Positions 36,796 to 48,700 of a stretch of 64,000 bases of DNA are shown here, in pieces; position 1 is the first letter of the stretch, and every line of letters starts with the position of its first letter. Both the position numbers and the translations under genes were made by a program. The notes under the pieces are model-generated. The model did no database searches, was not told the origin of the DNA, and saw only the letters and a list, made by a program, of their open reading frames with translations. This DNA is from a virus. The DNA lies in the IMG/VR virus record IMGVR_UViG_3300045988_087402, one strand, 5' to 3'.

Positions 36796-37531
36796 TTCAG
36801 CTGTTTATATAAATAGTAAAGTTCTTATTGCAGAACTTTATAATGATTATAATATACAATCTTCCGATTTTATTCAGAGATTTCCAATATGGTGTGCTAA
36901 TGCTTTAGGGTATTTAAAAATACATCAAGCATATGTTGATAATGAAATTAAAGGTGATATTATAAATAATATGTTTCAACTTCCTGATTATTGTCGAGGG
37001 GTTGATTCTGTTATTATAAATAACGTAGAAGCTACTTTAAAGTTTAGTCTTTTTGATAAAGATTCTACTTCAACAATTAATCATATTCCAGCTTTATCTC
37101 CAGTTGGAGATTTTAATAAATCTGATATAACAGATGTTATTGAATCTCCTATTGTAAAAGAAAATAATGTTAAAGATAAACCTGTGTATTGGGTTTCTAA
37201 TAATTGGATACATACTAATATAAATCATGGAGATATAGTAGTAAGATATAGAGCTATACCTTATGAATATGATAGTGAAACTAATATGACATTTCCTCTT
37301 ATATATAATGATGAACTTCTTAAATTGGCTATTAAATTATATGTTTTAAAAATGATGCTTAATCGAGGTTATGTTCATCCTATACAAAATCTTAAAGATA
37401 ATAATCCTTTTACTAATCCAGCTCTTTATCTTGAACAAATTAGATTTAAAGTTAGAACTTCTTGTAATAAATTTACTAAAGATAGAAGAGAAATATTAGC
37501 TAATATTAATACGACAATGTTATGGAAATAA
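36788..37531 (+). CDS. Hypothetical virion protein
   Basis: 247-aa ORF with overlap coupling. Confidence 0.4.
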   Translation: MNDSAVYINSKVLIAELYNDYNIQSSDFIQRFPIWCANALGYLKIHQAYVDNEIKGDIINNMFQLPDYCRGVDSVIINNVEATLKFSLFDKDSTSTINHIPALSPVGDFNKSDITDVIESPIVKENNVKDKPVYWVSNNWIHTNINHGDIVVRYRAIPYEYDSETNMTFPLIYNDELLKLAIKLYVLKMMLNRGYVHPIQNLKDNNPFTNPALYLEQIRFKVRTSCNKFTKDRREILANINTTMLWK

Positions 37532-40500
37532 AAGGTTTAAACTTAGATTCAGCACCTCTTATCTCTGAAAATAAGTCTCTTAGATTTGCTAAAAATATTT
37601 CAGTTCATTCTTCTCTACAATCGTATATTAACGAAGCTGGTTTTAAACCAATAGGTAATATATATAGTAATACAACAGATATTCTATGTGGTATTATAAC
37701 TACTAATATAGGATTTGTAGCTTTTATTAAACGTAATACTTTAGGTTATATAAATTATTATGAAGTAACAAATGATGAAGTTGTATTAAAAAAGAGTATA
37801 TATGCTTACAATTTAAATTTCGATGAAAATAGACCTATAACAGGTGACTATACATATAATTATAAAAATGAATTAATTATTACATTTACAGAAGGTATTT
37901 CAGAGGAAGCTAATGAGACAAGAATTATTAATATAAATAATCCTACTTCTCGTGTTGAATCTTCAGAAATACATGTTCAATTAAATACGTCCGAAGTTTC
38001 TTTATTAAATATAATTCCAGATGTAACATATCCTACTTTAAATTTTAGAGTATTAAATAGTGGAAGTTTAAAAGCTGGAGCTTATCAAGTAGCTATTAAA
38101 TATTGTCTTGAAGACGGAACTTATACAAATTATAGTATATTACACAGAAGTATTATTATATCTGGTAATTATTTAGATAGTATAAAAGTAGGAGATTATG
38201 TTATTAAATCAATAGAAGTAAAATTTGCAAATGTAGAAATTAAATATAAATATTATAAATTAGCTATTGTATATATTGATGAAGAAAGTCAATTAGCTTA
38301 TGAAACAGATAATATAAAATTAGAAGGAGATAATACTTATATTATTAGTAATTTAGAAAATAATACTTCTATATCTTTAGAAGATATATTTGTCAATAAA
38401 ATAGGATATATAAAAGATACTTGTCATGTTAATTTTAATAATAGACTTTTAAGAGGTAATGTAAAAACTATAGATTATTCATCATTAGATAATATATTAA
38501 AAAATGCAGCAAATAATGCAAAAGTAGATTTAATAAGTTATAATAAACAAAGCGAGTTAGATAAGTCTACTACAAGTACTGATGTAGAAGATTATAATAC
38601 TCCTTATTATATGGGTTATGAAGTTTATTCCATTTATATAGGATTTTTCGATTATAAAGGTTCTTTAATTAATATATATAAATGCCCATATAAAGAAGGA
38701 GATGCTACTACAAATTTTAATACAAATCATCTTATACCTTATTCAGATAGAGATGTTGTATATAGATTGAGTGTAAGTTTTCCTACTAATATTATATCTA
38801 CTATACCCAATACAGTTAAAAGTTTTTGTGTATTTAATGTTGAACATAATTTTAATAACAGTAGGATATTAAGTCAGGCTATTGCTTTACGAGATACTGA
38901 TATTAATATATTTTCAAATGGTCAAAAATATAGTGGACAATTTGATTCCGAAAGTAAAGTAAGAATATATCCTTTTGAATTTCTATTTAATAATAAAGAA
39001 TCTATATCTGCTAATATTCTTACTTATGCTCAAATAGATGATACACATATAAGTCATGATGGTAATAACTTACCAGATGAATATAAATGTGTTACAGATA
39101 CTGAAGTAGCTACTTCAAGTATGAATTTAAATCTTAATGATTTATATACTACTGGAATTATAGGTGATACTCGACAAGATAAATTAAAATATATAGCTGC
39201 AAATAATAGTCAAGTAGATAATATAGCTGGTGATTCATATTATAGAATTGTACATAATAATCCTGTTGAAGGTAGTAATTGGCTTACTGGTACTAATAGA
39301 TTCGCACTTATATTGTTAGCAAATACTACTGATAATTTATATGTAGATGAATATAATCAAACTCTACAAATAGCGAGTTCAATATATTCTATAAATGAAG
39401 ATGTTAATGCTATTTGTTACGGTGATACAAGAATATCATATTTAACTCTTAGAGCTACTACTCCAGGAACTGGATTTAAAATAGGTGGTACTTCTGAAGA
39501 ACAAAGTAACGCACATGTTTGGAGGTGGATATTTACAGTACCTATTGAAAGTAAATTTAATATAAGAGCGAGATATGATATAACAACTGTTGATAAAGCA
39601 TATAAATTACATTATGCTACAGATATTAAAGATTTATATCCTTTATATGGTCTTAGTTATGAAGTTGATAATGCTATAAATACAAGTATTGGAAAAGGAT
39701 ATTCTTTAATATTTAATGAAAATGGTATTCAAGATTACGTATATTGGGATGAAATACCGGGTATATTTGAATATCCATCTCGTATTATAAGAAGTGATAT
39801 ATTAAATACTGAAAGTGAAATTCTAAGTTGGAGATATTATAATGCTAATGAATATAATGATTTACCTAATAATAGAGAAGGTATAGTTAGTCTTAAAACA
39901 GATAATAAAAATCTTTATATTCAACAACGTTATGGACTTAGATTAGCAAAACTTAGAGATACTCTTAGTGTTACTGGAGATGGAACTTCTTATTTAGGTA
40001 GTACAGATATATTTAATATTGAACCTTATGAAATATTATATTCTCCGAGTGGATATATTGGATGTATAAATAGTTTCGATACAGCTATAAACGTAGCTGG
40101 ATATTTTGTTTATGATAACGATAAGGGTAAACTATTTAATATATTTGGAGATTCTGTTTCAGAAATTAGTAATATTAATACTAAAGAATGGTTTTATAAA
40201 AATAAATCAAATGATTATATAAATAATCCTTTTATTCATAATGGTCGATACTTTAATTATAATGAAGATACTAATGTTTTAACATTTGTAAATAATAAGG
40301 ATAATAATAAGTTTACAATATCTTTTAATAATAATGTTAAAAAATGGATTTCATTTCATGATTATATTCCTTTGTACGGATTGACAAATCGACTCGGAAC
40401 AATATGGATATTTGATGATAGTAAAATTATTAATAGTATTTATAAAGTAGATGAGAATATAAAAGGATATTTTAATGATAAATATTATCCTTCAACAATT

Positions 40501-40956
40501 AAGATATTATTTAATGAAAATCCTATTATAAATAAAGAGCTTCAAAATATATTATGGAAAGATAGAGTTACTTATATAGATGATAATAGTAAATTAAAAG
40601 TTACTCTTTGGGATAAAACTATTGATAATATATTTGTTCATAATGATACACAATGTTCTGATATAAAAGTCGTAAAATTTAATAAAGAATGGTATAATGG
40701 AAATACTGGTGTTAATAAGATAAATATATGGAGATTCAATGATATAAAAGATTATGCAAAAACTCCTAATTTTTTAGCTAATGAAATTTCTATAAAAGAT
40801 AATGCGTTACATACTAATCTTAAATGGTATAATAGAAACGAAATAGTTAGTCAATTTGTATATGTTATAATGACTTTCAATAATACAAGTAATAATTATG
40901 AATATGAATTACAAGAAGCTGATGCACAGTGGATTGTTGATAATAGGAATAATTAA
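37522..40956 (+). CDS. Large tail/structural protein (1144 aa)
   Basis: Long clean ORF in the tail module. Confidence 0.45.
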   Translation: MEIKGLNLDSAPLISENKSLRFAKNISVHSSLQSYINEAGFKPIGNIYSNTTDILCGIITTNIGFVAFIKRNTLGYINYYEVTNDEVVLKKSIYAYNLNFDENRPITGDYTYNYKNELIITFTEGISEEANETRIININNPTSRVESSEIHVQLNTSEVSLLNIIPDVTYPTLNFRVLNSGSLKAGAYQVAIKYCLEDGTYTNYSILHRSIIISGNYLDSIKVGDYVIKSIEVKFANVEIKYKYYKLAIVYIDEESQLAYETDNIKLEGDNTYIISNLENNTSISLEDIFVNKIGYIKDTCHVNFNNRLLRGNVKTIDYSSLDNILKNAANNAKVDLISYNKQSELDKSTTSTDVEDYNTPYYMGYEVYSIYIGFFDYKGSLINIYKCPYKEGDATTNFNTNHLIPYSDRDVVYRLSVSFPTNIISTIPNTVKSFCVFNVEHNFNNSRILSQAIALRDTDINIFSNGQKYSGQFDSESKVRIYPFEFLFNNKESISANILTYAQIDDTHISHDGNNLPDEYKCVTDTEVATSSMNLNLNDLYTTGIIGDTRQDKLKYIAANNSQVDNIAGDSYYRIVHNNPVEGSNWLTGTNRFALILLANTTDNLYVDEYNQTLQIASSIYSINEDVNAICYGDTRISYLTLRATTPGTGFKIGGTSEEQSNAHVWRWIFTVPIESKFNIRARYDITTVDKAYKLHYATDIKDLYPLYGLSYEVDNAINTSIGKGYSLIFNENGIQDYVYWDEIPGIFEYPSRIIRSDILNTESEILSWRYYNANEYNDLPNNREGIVSLKTDNKNLYIQQRYGLRLAKLRDTLSVTGDGTSYLGSTDIFNIEPYEILYSPSGYIGCINSFDTAINVAGYFVYDNDKGKLFNIFGDSVSEISNINTKEWFYKNKSNDYINNPFIHNGRYFNYNEDTNVLTFVNNKDNNKFTISFNNNVKKWISFHDYIPLYGLTNRLGTIWIFDDSKIINSIYKVDENIKGYFNDKYYPSTIKILFNENPIINKELQNILWKDRVTYIDDNSKLKVTLWDKTIDNIFVHNDTQCSDIKVVKFNKEWYNGNTGVNKINIWRFNDIKDYAKTPNFLANEISIKDNALHTNLKWYNRNEIVSQFVYVIMTFNNTSNNYEYELQEADAQWIVDNRNN

Positions 40957-40968
40957 CATTTATAAGAT

Positions 40969-42699
40969 ATGGCAATAGAAATTAAAAAAGAAAACAGAGG
41001 TAAGTTTACCGCTTCTGCCAAAAAAGCTGGTATGGGAGTTCAAGAATATGCTCGACATATATTAGCTAATAAAGATGATTATTCAACAACGATGATAAAA
41101 CGAGCAAATTTTGCTAAAAATATAGGTGGTGCAGCAAGACGAAGAAGTAGAGCTTTGGGAGGTACTGCTACTTATGGAAATGAATATACTTATAAAGATA
41201 TATCTAATGAAGAAATAGGTGGTGGTGATAATCTTAGAAATAATACATTAGGAGGATTAGGAAGCGGTGCTGCAATAGGTACTATGATACTTCCCGGAAT
41301 AGGAACTGCGATAGGTGGAGTACTTGGTGCAATAGGAGGACTTGTTGGAGGATTATTTGGTAATCGTAAAAGAAAAGAAGAATTAGCTAAAGCTAAAGAA
41401 ACTGAAAGACAACAGACTATAGCGGCTATGAATGATAAAATTGAAGCTGATTATACAAATCTACAAAATAGGTCTTTAAATGATTATTCAGAAGGTAATG
41501 GATTTTATGCTAAATATGGAGGTAGATTTCCTATTAGATATAGAATGGCTAAAGGAGGTTTAATTCCAAATTCTTCAAATAGTGATGTTGCTTATGGTGC
41601 AACACATGAACAATTTAATCAATTAACAGGTACAACTGGAATACCTCTCGGTAATTATGAAGTTGAAGGAGGTGGAGATAATAATGGTAATCTACAAGCT
41701 GGAGAAGTTATTACTTATGATAATTTAGGAGCTAATGTGTTTTCAGATACATTGAAGTTACCAAATAGTAAAAAAACTTATGCAGACGTAGCTAAAAAAC
41801 TTACTGACCAAAAAGGTAAATTAGAAAATGCTACCTCTGCTATAGTAAATACTATAGAAGAATCATTAAATGAAATTCCTAAAAATAAGTTAAATAGACT
41901 TACACTTGGTACTAAAGTAAGAAATACAGAAAAAATGGTTCGAACTTTGAATATAGTTAGCGGTAAAATAGCAGAAGTAGATAATAAAATACAAAATCTA
42001 TATAATGAGCAAGAAATACATGCTACAATTAAAGGATATAGAAATGGTGAAAATATAGCAGCTAAATATGGAGGAAGGTGTAAACGAGGTATGGGAGGTT
42101 GGATGGCTGGATTTGGACTTCTAACAAATTTAATGAACTCTTTATCTACAGCTAATGCAATAGATTATGAATCTAAAATACCACTTCCTCGTCAAAATAG
42201 AGTTAATACTCCTGTATATAGTACAAATTATAATATTAATTCACAACTCCAGGAAATAGATTCTCAAATTAGTTCTGCAAAAAGATATATAACAGCTAAT
42301 AGTAATAGTCCTCAAGTAGCTCGTGCAGCTATTGGGGAATTATCTGCAAATGCATCTCGATTAAAAAATCAAATATATGCTGATAGAAATAGAGTATTAG
42401 CACAAATATACGATAAAAATGTAGAAGCGAGAAGTAATACTGAAAGAATTAATAATCAAATAGATTATGAAAATGCGGTAAATGAATATAATAAATATAT
42501 TGATATAAATAGTAAACGTGCTGCTAATAGACAACAGATGATGCAAGGTATTTCTAATGGTATTCAAGATTATGCAAATTGGAAGATACAACTTGGTAAT
42601 ATGGCTTTGACTTCTTTAGGTTTACCGAAAGGTGTTGGTCGACAGATGAATGGTATTATGAATAGACTTTATGGAATTAATTTTTCTATTGATAATTAA
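40969..42699 (+). CDS. Virion protein with a glycine-zipper hydrophobic segment (GGLGSGAAIGTMILPGIGTAIGGVLGAIGGLVGGLFG). Candidate ejected or membrane-active internal protein.
   Basis: Basic N-terminus MAIEIKKENRGKFTASAKKAGMGVQEYARHIL, then a Gly-zipper, then a Q/N-rich C-terminus. Confidence 0.4.
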   Translation: MAIEIKKENRGKFTASAKKAGMGVQEYARHILANKDDYSTTMIKRANFAKNIGGAARRRSRALGGTATYGNEYTYKDISNEEIGGGDNLRNNTLGGLGSGAAIGTMILPGIGTAIGGVLGAIGGLVGGLFGNRKRKEELAKAKETERQQTIAAMNDKIEADYTNLQNRSLNDYSEGNGFYAKYGGRFPIRYRMAKGGLIPNSSNSDVAYGATHEQFNQLTGTTGIPLGNYEVEGGGDNNGNLQAGEVITYDNLGANVFSDTLKLPNSKKTYADVAKKLTDQKGKLENATSAIVNTIEESLNEIPKNKLNRLTLGTKVRNTEKMVRTLNIVSGKIAEVDNKIQNLYNEQEIHATIKGYRNGENIAAKYGGRCKRGMGGWMAGFGLLTNLMNSLSTANAIDYESKIPLPRQNRVNTPVYSTNYNINSQLQEIDSQISSAKRYITANSNSPQVARAAIGELSANASRLKNQIYADRNRVLAQIYDKNVEARSNTERINNQIDYENAVNEYNKYIDINSKRAANRQQMMQGISNGIQDYANWKIQLGNMALTSLGLPKGVGRQMNGIMNRLYGINFSIDN

Positions 42700-42705
42700 A
42701 CTACG

Positions 42706-42734
42706 ATAAGGGTGTATTTTCGATATACCCTTAT
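42706..42734 (+). terminator. Hairpin ATAAGGGTGTAT-TTTCG-ATATACCCTTAT (12-bp stem with one G-T) after the stop of the 576-aa gene
   Basis: Direct reading. Confidence 0.4.
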
Positions 42735-42770
42735 TTGCAATTTTAAGGTATCAAATTTCGATTTAAAATT

Positions 42771-45700
42771 ATGGTAAAGATAAGAACAGGTCAATATAAT
42801 TTCGGTCAAATAAACACGCCTAAAATGGCCGATATAAGCCAAATTTACGCATCTGTAGGACAGCAACTCAATAAGATGTATTACGACAATCGACAGGCTT
42901 ATATTAATAATATAGTTAATCCACTTTCTCAAATGCACGCTAATAAAGATGATGAGGCTTTATTAAATGAGAAAAAGAATGCTATAACAGATGGTGCAAA
43001 TGCTTTCAAAGAAAGTGATAATTGGCATCAAGCAAGTGATTATATTTATAATACAGTAGAAAATATAATTACAGATGAAGGGTTAGCTTTAATAAATTCT
43101 AAATATCAACAGAGACAAGCATACATACAATCTCTTAAAGATAGTGGTTGGTCTCAACAACAGCAAGATATTTTCTTAGCTCGTTCAGATTATTATTCTA
43201 CAGCAGTTAAAGAAGAAAATGGAAAAGTTGTTGAAGGAGCTTTTAATGCTGTAAATTATGGTACACCTTATGATATAAATGAACAACTTGATAAAATAAC
43301 AAATATAATAAGTAAGGCTAAAGCAAGTAGTGAATCTATAACAAATATAAGTGCTGAAGATGCAGTTATAAAAGGATTAGCAAATGTTTTAAATGTCGAT
43401 GGAGAAACTTTTGTTAGTAATTTTTTACAAACTACTAAATCTACAGAGTCTGTATCTTATGATGATTTATATAATTATGTTTCTCAACGTCTATATAATA
43501 ATCAAGAATATATAGATTATAAAACTACTATTGAACAAAATGCTTTATTTAAAGAACGCTTTATACCGGATAGTAATAATCCACGAGGTGGTACTTTAAG
43601 GGATTTAACTCCAGAATTATTAAAAGATGTATTTAATCAAAGTTATGCTATTAATGCTTTAGTTGGGACAGGAATATCATTATCTGATTTAGGACAACTT
43701 AATGATAATGGTACTTTTACTCTGAATCCTAATATGACAGAAGATACCATTAAAAAACTTACAGGAATTAGTGCTGCATTAGGTTTTGATATGGTATCGT
43801 ATTTAACTACAGGAATAAGTTATTCTGATAATGTTGATATAGATTCGTTATATGAATTTTTAGATGTTGCTTTTAATAATTATATAGATAATGAATTTAA
43901 TAATTATTTAAAAAATAATAATATATCTCTTGATAATCCTAATATAGAAGCCTATAAAGAAAATTGGTATTTGAATTTAAGAACACAGAATGCAATACAA
44001 TCTGAAATTCATGCTAACGCTGATTCATTAGCAGATTTAATGTCCTTTACAAGAACTAAAGTAGTTTATGATTTAATTAGTAATAATTCCGTTTATACAA
44101 CAGCTTATAAACATAAAAAAGAATTAGAAACCAAATATACTACAGAGGGATTTACTACAGCATCTACTCTTCCTGATACTCCTGTAAATGTCGGTAGTAC
44201 AAAAAGTATTCAAGCTCGAAAAACTGAATTAGGAGAAACTCTTGCACAAATTGTAAATGATAGTCGTTCAATACCTATAACAGAAAATATGTATAAAGTT
44301 TTGAATACTATGTATGGTATTGAGCCGGGAGATGTTTCATCTATTAATAAATTAGATTTATCTGAAATTCTTAATAATCCTGATATAAATCTTAGTGATA
44401 AAGAACGTGAAGCATTTCAACGTTTACATAGGAATAATCAAATTGAAGCTCAAATTAAAGGTGAAATAGATAATTATGATAGAGAACTTAGTGATGTTTA
44501 TAATATATTAAAAGATGATGTATCTAATTTAGATTATACTTCACAATTTATAATAAATCACAATATTACAAATTATGAAGATTATAAGGAATATATGGCT
44601 GAATTTCCTAATTCCGGTCAAGCTCCTATAAATTATATATATCCTGGTAATGAAATTCCTTATATAGCTAAAGATATTACAGATAGAAAATCTCGTATAT
44701 TAACAGAAGATGAATTTAATAAATTACAACAATCTCTTACTGAACATGCAGCTGAGATATATAAAAAGAAGACAGGAGAAGATTTAAATTATACAACAAA
44801 AGGTGTTGTTATATTTAATCCAACAGGTGTATCTCGTCAATATTTAGATAATGCTATAGACGCTATAGGAACAAGTTCTGATTCTTGGGTATTAGAAAAT
44901 GTACAAGGAACTAAGAAATTTAATAAAAATATAGGTCTTAGTTTAGCTAATAATCCAGAATTAGTAAGACTTCTTTTAACACATGCTCCTACAAGTGGTT
45001 CTGGTACTATACCTAATATAAAAGATGTTGGCATAGATGCTAAAGAAACAGGACTTCCTGATAAAACTTATGACATTCGTTATAATATTGTTTATGATAA
45101 TAATGATTTTGCTGAAACAGGACAAGCTAAACAAAAAATATTATGTACAGCTTTAGACGTTAATGGTGCACCTCTTGGTAGTTTTACTATATCACGAGAT
45201 ATTAGTAAAGAAGCTCTATTAAATATGATACAATCTGATTACAATAATATACGAACTTCTCAAATATATGATAACAATATATCTGGAGAAAATGTATTAT
45301 CAGAAAGTAGAGGAAAAATTGTAAGTCAAGCTGCATCACATATGTTTTCCTTTACTCCTGTTACTGGTGTGAAAAATACTACAACAGCTGGTTCAACTTT
45401 AAATTTACAAGCTCGTGCTCAACAATTAGAAGTTGGAACTGGAATAAATGGTGATGGAGAAAAGTTATATGTTCAGTCCAATTTAATAATACCAACTACT
45501 CAACAAAATATCGGAAATGCTTATTTTGAAATAAGTAAAGAATCTCTTGGTAGAGGTGAATATGGATATAAGGTTGTAATGGTTCAACCAGATGGTAAAG
45601 GAAATTGGGTAGATGCAAGTATGCTTGATTGGGGGGATGAAAGATTAAATCATAATTTTTATACTCTTTCTCGAAAAGGTATGCCAGTTAAAAATATAAA

Positions 45701-45773
45701 TGATGCTTTTGCAGAATTAAGTGATTATTTGTTAAGTATCGGTTATCAAATGAATATAAATTATGGGAAATAA
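42771..45773 (+). CDS. Large virion protein (1000 aa)
   Basis: Clean ORF whose end overlaps the start of the giant gene. Confidence 0.5.
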   Translation: MVKIRTGQYNFGQINTPKMADISQIYASVGQQLNKMYYDNRQAYINNIVNPLSQMHANKDDEALLNEKKNAITDGANAFKESDNWHQASDYIYNTVENIITDEGLALINSKYQQRQAYIQSLKDSGWSQQQQDIFLARSDYYSTAVKEENGKVVEGAFNAVNYGTPYDINEQLDKITNIISKAKASSESITNISAEDAVIKGLANVLNVDGETFVSNFLQTTKSTESVSYDDLYNYVSQRLYNNQEYIDYKTTIEQNALFKERFIPDSNNPRGGTLRDLTPELLKDVFNQSYAINALVGTGISLSDLGQLNDNGTFTLNPNMTEDTIKKLTGISAALGFDMVSYLTTGISYSDNVDIDSLYEFLDVAFNNYIDNEFNNYLKNNNISLDNPNIEAYKENWYLNLRTQNAIQSEIHANADSLADLMSFTRTKVVYDLISNNSVYTTAYKHKKELETKYTTEGFTTASTLPDTPVNVGSTKSIQARKTELGETLAQIVNDSRSIPITENMYKVLNTMYGIEPGDVSSINKLDLSEILNNPDINLSDKEREAFQRLHRNNQIEAQIKGEIDNYDRELSDVYNILKDDVSNLDYTSQFIINHNITNYEDYKEYMAEFPNSGQAPINYIYPGNEIPYIAKDITDRKSRILTEDEFNKLQQSLTEHAAEIYKKKTGEDLNYTTKGVVIFNPTGVSRQYLDNAIDAIGTSSDSWVLENVQGTKKFNKNIGLSLANNPELVRLLLTHAPTSGSGTIPNIKDVGIDAKETGLPDKTYDIRYNIVYDNNDFAETGQAKQKILCTALDVNGAPLGSFTISRDISKEALLNMIQSDYNNIRTSQIYDNNISGENVLSESRGKIVSQAASHMFSFTPVTGVKNTTTAGSTLNLQARAQQLEVGTGINGDGEKLYVQSNLIIPTTQQNIGNAYFEISKESLGRGEYGYKVVMVQPDGKGNWVDASMLDWGDERLNHNFYTLSRKGMPVKNINDAFAELSDYLLSIGYQMNINYGK

Positions 45774-48700
45774 AATAGGAACTCCTGTAAGTTTAAATCC
45801 GGTAACTGTTGAAGATAAACCTTCGACAGTTATCGGAACTCCTGTTAAAATAAGTAATCCAACGGGAGGTCAATCTTTTATGCAAGGATTTATGTCAACA
45901 TCTCCTCGAAATTTTGATATATCTTCTTATCAAAAAATGATGAATAATGTTGATACAAATCTTCCTTTAAATATTCTTAATGAAGAAAGAGCACGTTATC
46001 AAAGTACAGGTCATTTAATAGGTAATTCTCTTATTCAATTAGGAGGTACTATAATAGGGGATATTATATCTGGAGTAGGAGCTTTATTTAATTTTAATAA
46101 AGTTGGTATAGAATTTATCAAAGATATTGTAGATACAAATTATCAACCGGATTGGACTACTATAATGAATAAAGGTGTTAGTGGTGCTATTCAAGATTTT
46201 GGTAAGTCTATAAGTGAGGGAAGTAGAGAAATAGCTCCTATATATTTAACTGAACGTGCTCAACGCGGTGGTCTTGCTGGAGGTATGGGAGATAAAACTT
46301 GGTGGGCTGCTAATTTTCCTACTATAGGTAGTGCTGCCACATCTATGATTCCTATTATGGGACAAATGAGAGCATTAAATTATATAGGTAAGTCATTATC
46401 AAAGGTTGGAAATGTTTCTAAAATAGGTAGAGGAATTAACACATTAGGTCGTACAATAACTAATAATAAAGTACAAGCTACAATAGGTACTCTTTATGGT
46501 GCACATTTGGATATTATGCAAGAAATAGTATATGACTATGATAATCAATTTCAATATGCTAAAAATCTTGGATATTCAGATGAAGAAGCTCGTGAATTTG
46601 CAAGTATTTATGCTTCTACTGCTTATAAAGATGCTTGGGCTTATGGAATACTTTTTAATGCTATAGAATTAAATAGTATATTAAAAGGTACAAATAGATT
46701 TTCAAAAACTATATCTGAAGTAGATAAAACTATTAATAAACATATTCCTGATATATCACGTCAAGGAACTAAGTTTACAGGTATTTCAGAAGAAGTTGTT
46801 GATTTATCCAAAAAGACTATATTTCGTGCAACTTTAGGAAAAAGTTATGATTTCTTTAAAACTTCTATTTCAGAAGGTCTTGAAGAAATGCGTACAGATA
46901 TAGCTTTAAAAGAAGGTGAATTAGAAGCTAAAAAATATCTTGATATTTATGACCCATTAAATGATATGACATTTGCGAAAAGACTTTATTCGCAAGTTAG
47001 TGATGCTCGAAATTGGGATAGTTTTTTATGGGGTATGGCAGGAGGTGCCGTAATGTATGCTGGAAAAGGTATATTAAATAAAATTCGTATGCCAGATTCA
47101 TATAAAGATTATAATAAAAAATTATATGAAGGTATAATGAATAGTTTACAAGATACTATAAATACTATAGCTACATTTGATGGAGATTTAAGTATAAGAA
47201 CCAGTTTAGAAGAAGACCCTGCAATAACTATATTAGCTCCTTTATTTAATACTTTAGGAGCTGCCAACGCAATAGTTTATGGAGAAAGATTATTAGATGA
47301 ACTTGGAACTATGACTTCTGAAGAATTAACTGCTGTTTACGGTTCTGATAAAACAGAACTTATAAATACTCTTCGAGAAGAATTTAAAATAGCTAAAGAT
47401 ATATATGTTAGAAATGCTGATATAACTTATAATAGCAAAGCTGATGATTATATTCAAAATGAAATGGCAGGTTTAGAGTATTTACATAATTATTATACTC
47501 GTAAATTTAATGAGATAGAAACAGAGATACAAAGAATTAAAACTCTAAACGATGATTTAGATATAAAACGAGATAATGAACTTAAAGAATTAGATGGTAG
47601 ATTATATAAATTAAATTCTGATAAAGAATCTCTTTTAAATTCTATTAAATTTAATGAAGCCAATTCTAATGCGATAGATAAATTTGTTAATAGTAAAGAA
47701 ACTTCTGAAAAATTAAACGATTTAAAACGCGAAAAAGAATCTTTAGAAAAAGAGATAAAATCTATTAAACAAACTATTAAATCTAATAATACTCGTAATG
47801 ATAATATTCGACGTAATTTAGATAGATTGAATAGTTTATTATTAAATTCTGAAACTGATACTGAAAAAGAACAATATAAAACTGAGTTAAAACATAATAA
47901 AAATAAACTTAGAGATAATAGTAAAAATATAGATAATTTATATATTAAAGAACAAGCTTTATCTGGAATTGAAACTTCTATTGCATATTTAAATGGTGAA
48001 ATAGAATCTCAATTAAAAAGAAAAGAATTTAATACAAAAGCTATCGAAAGAGCTAAATCTACAATAGATATGATAGATGCTCAAATAGATAAATATAAAG
48101 AATCAAGAGGTGATATAATTAAACGTTATGAAGAAATAAGAAAAGATTATGATTCAATTCCGAGAGTTAAAAATATTACTTTAGAGGATTTAACTAAGCT
48201 ACGAGATAATATATTTAAACAACTTTCTAATTATGGAAATATACAAGACCATAAAGAAGAATTTGCTAATAATCTTAAAACAGCTGTAGAATCTATAATT
48301 GATATTGAAACTAAAGAATTAGAACGTAAAGAATATAAGATTGAAGAAGATAAGAAAAATACAGAATCTGAAATTAAAGAAGAAGATGAATTTAATAATC
48401 GTCCTACATCTATAAAAACAGTTTTAAATGAAGGTGAATATATAACTTTAACTATAGATGATTTAAATAGGATTAGAAGTTTTATAATAAAAGGTAAGAA
48501 ATATGATTTAAATAAAATTTATAATATACGAGGAAAAGATGTAGAAATAATTAATATAAAAGATGATAATGGAATTATAAAAGTTACTACACCAGAGGGT
48601 GATATTCTGGCTGTAATATTTAATATGTTATCATCTCGTGATAATAGTGGATATTCAAAGACAATTTATAATGCGATAGATAGATTTACAAAAAGTAATT

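Noticed and set aside
47150-47200. TFDGD in the 2509-aa protein as the RNA polymerase catalytic DxDGD motif
   Set aside because: The first aspartate is replaced by Thr (ATFDGD versus NADFDGD) and no surrounding DPBB-like context could be recognised by eye. It is probably coincidental. The RNAP assignment is left open.
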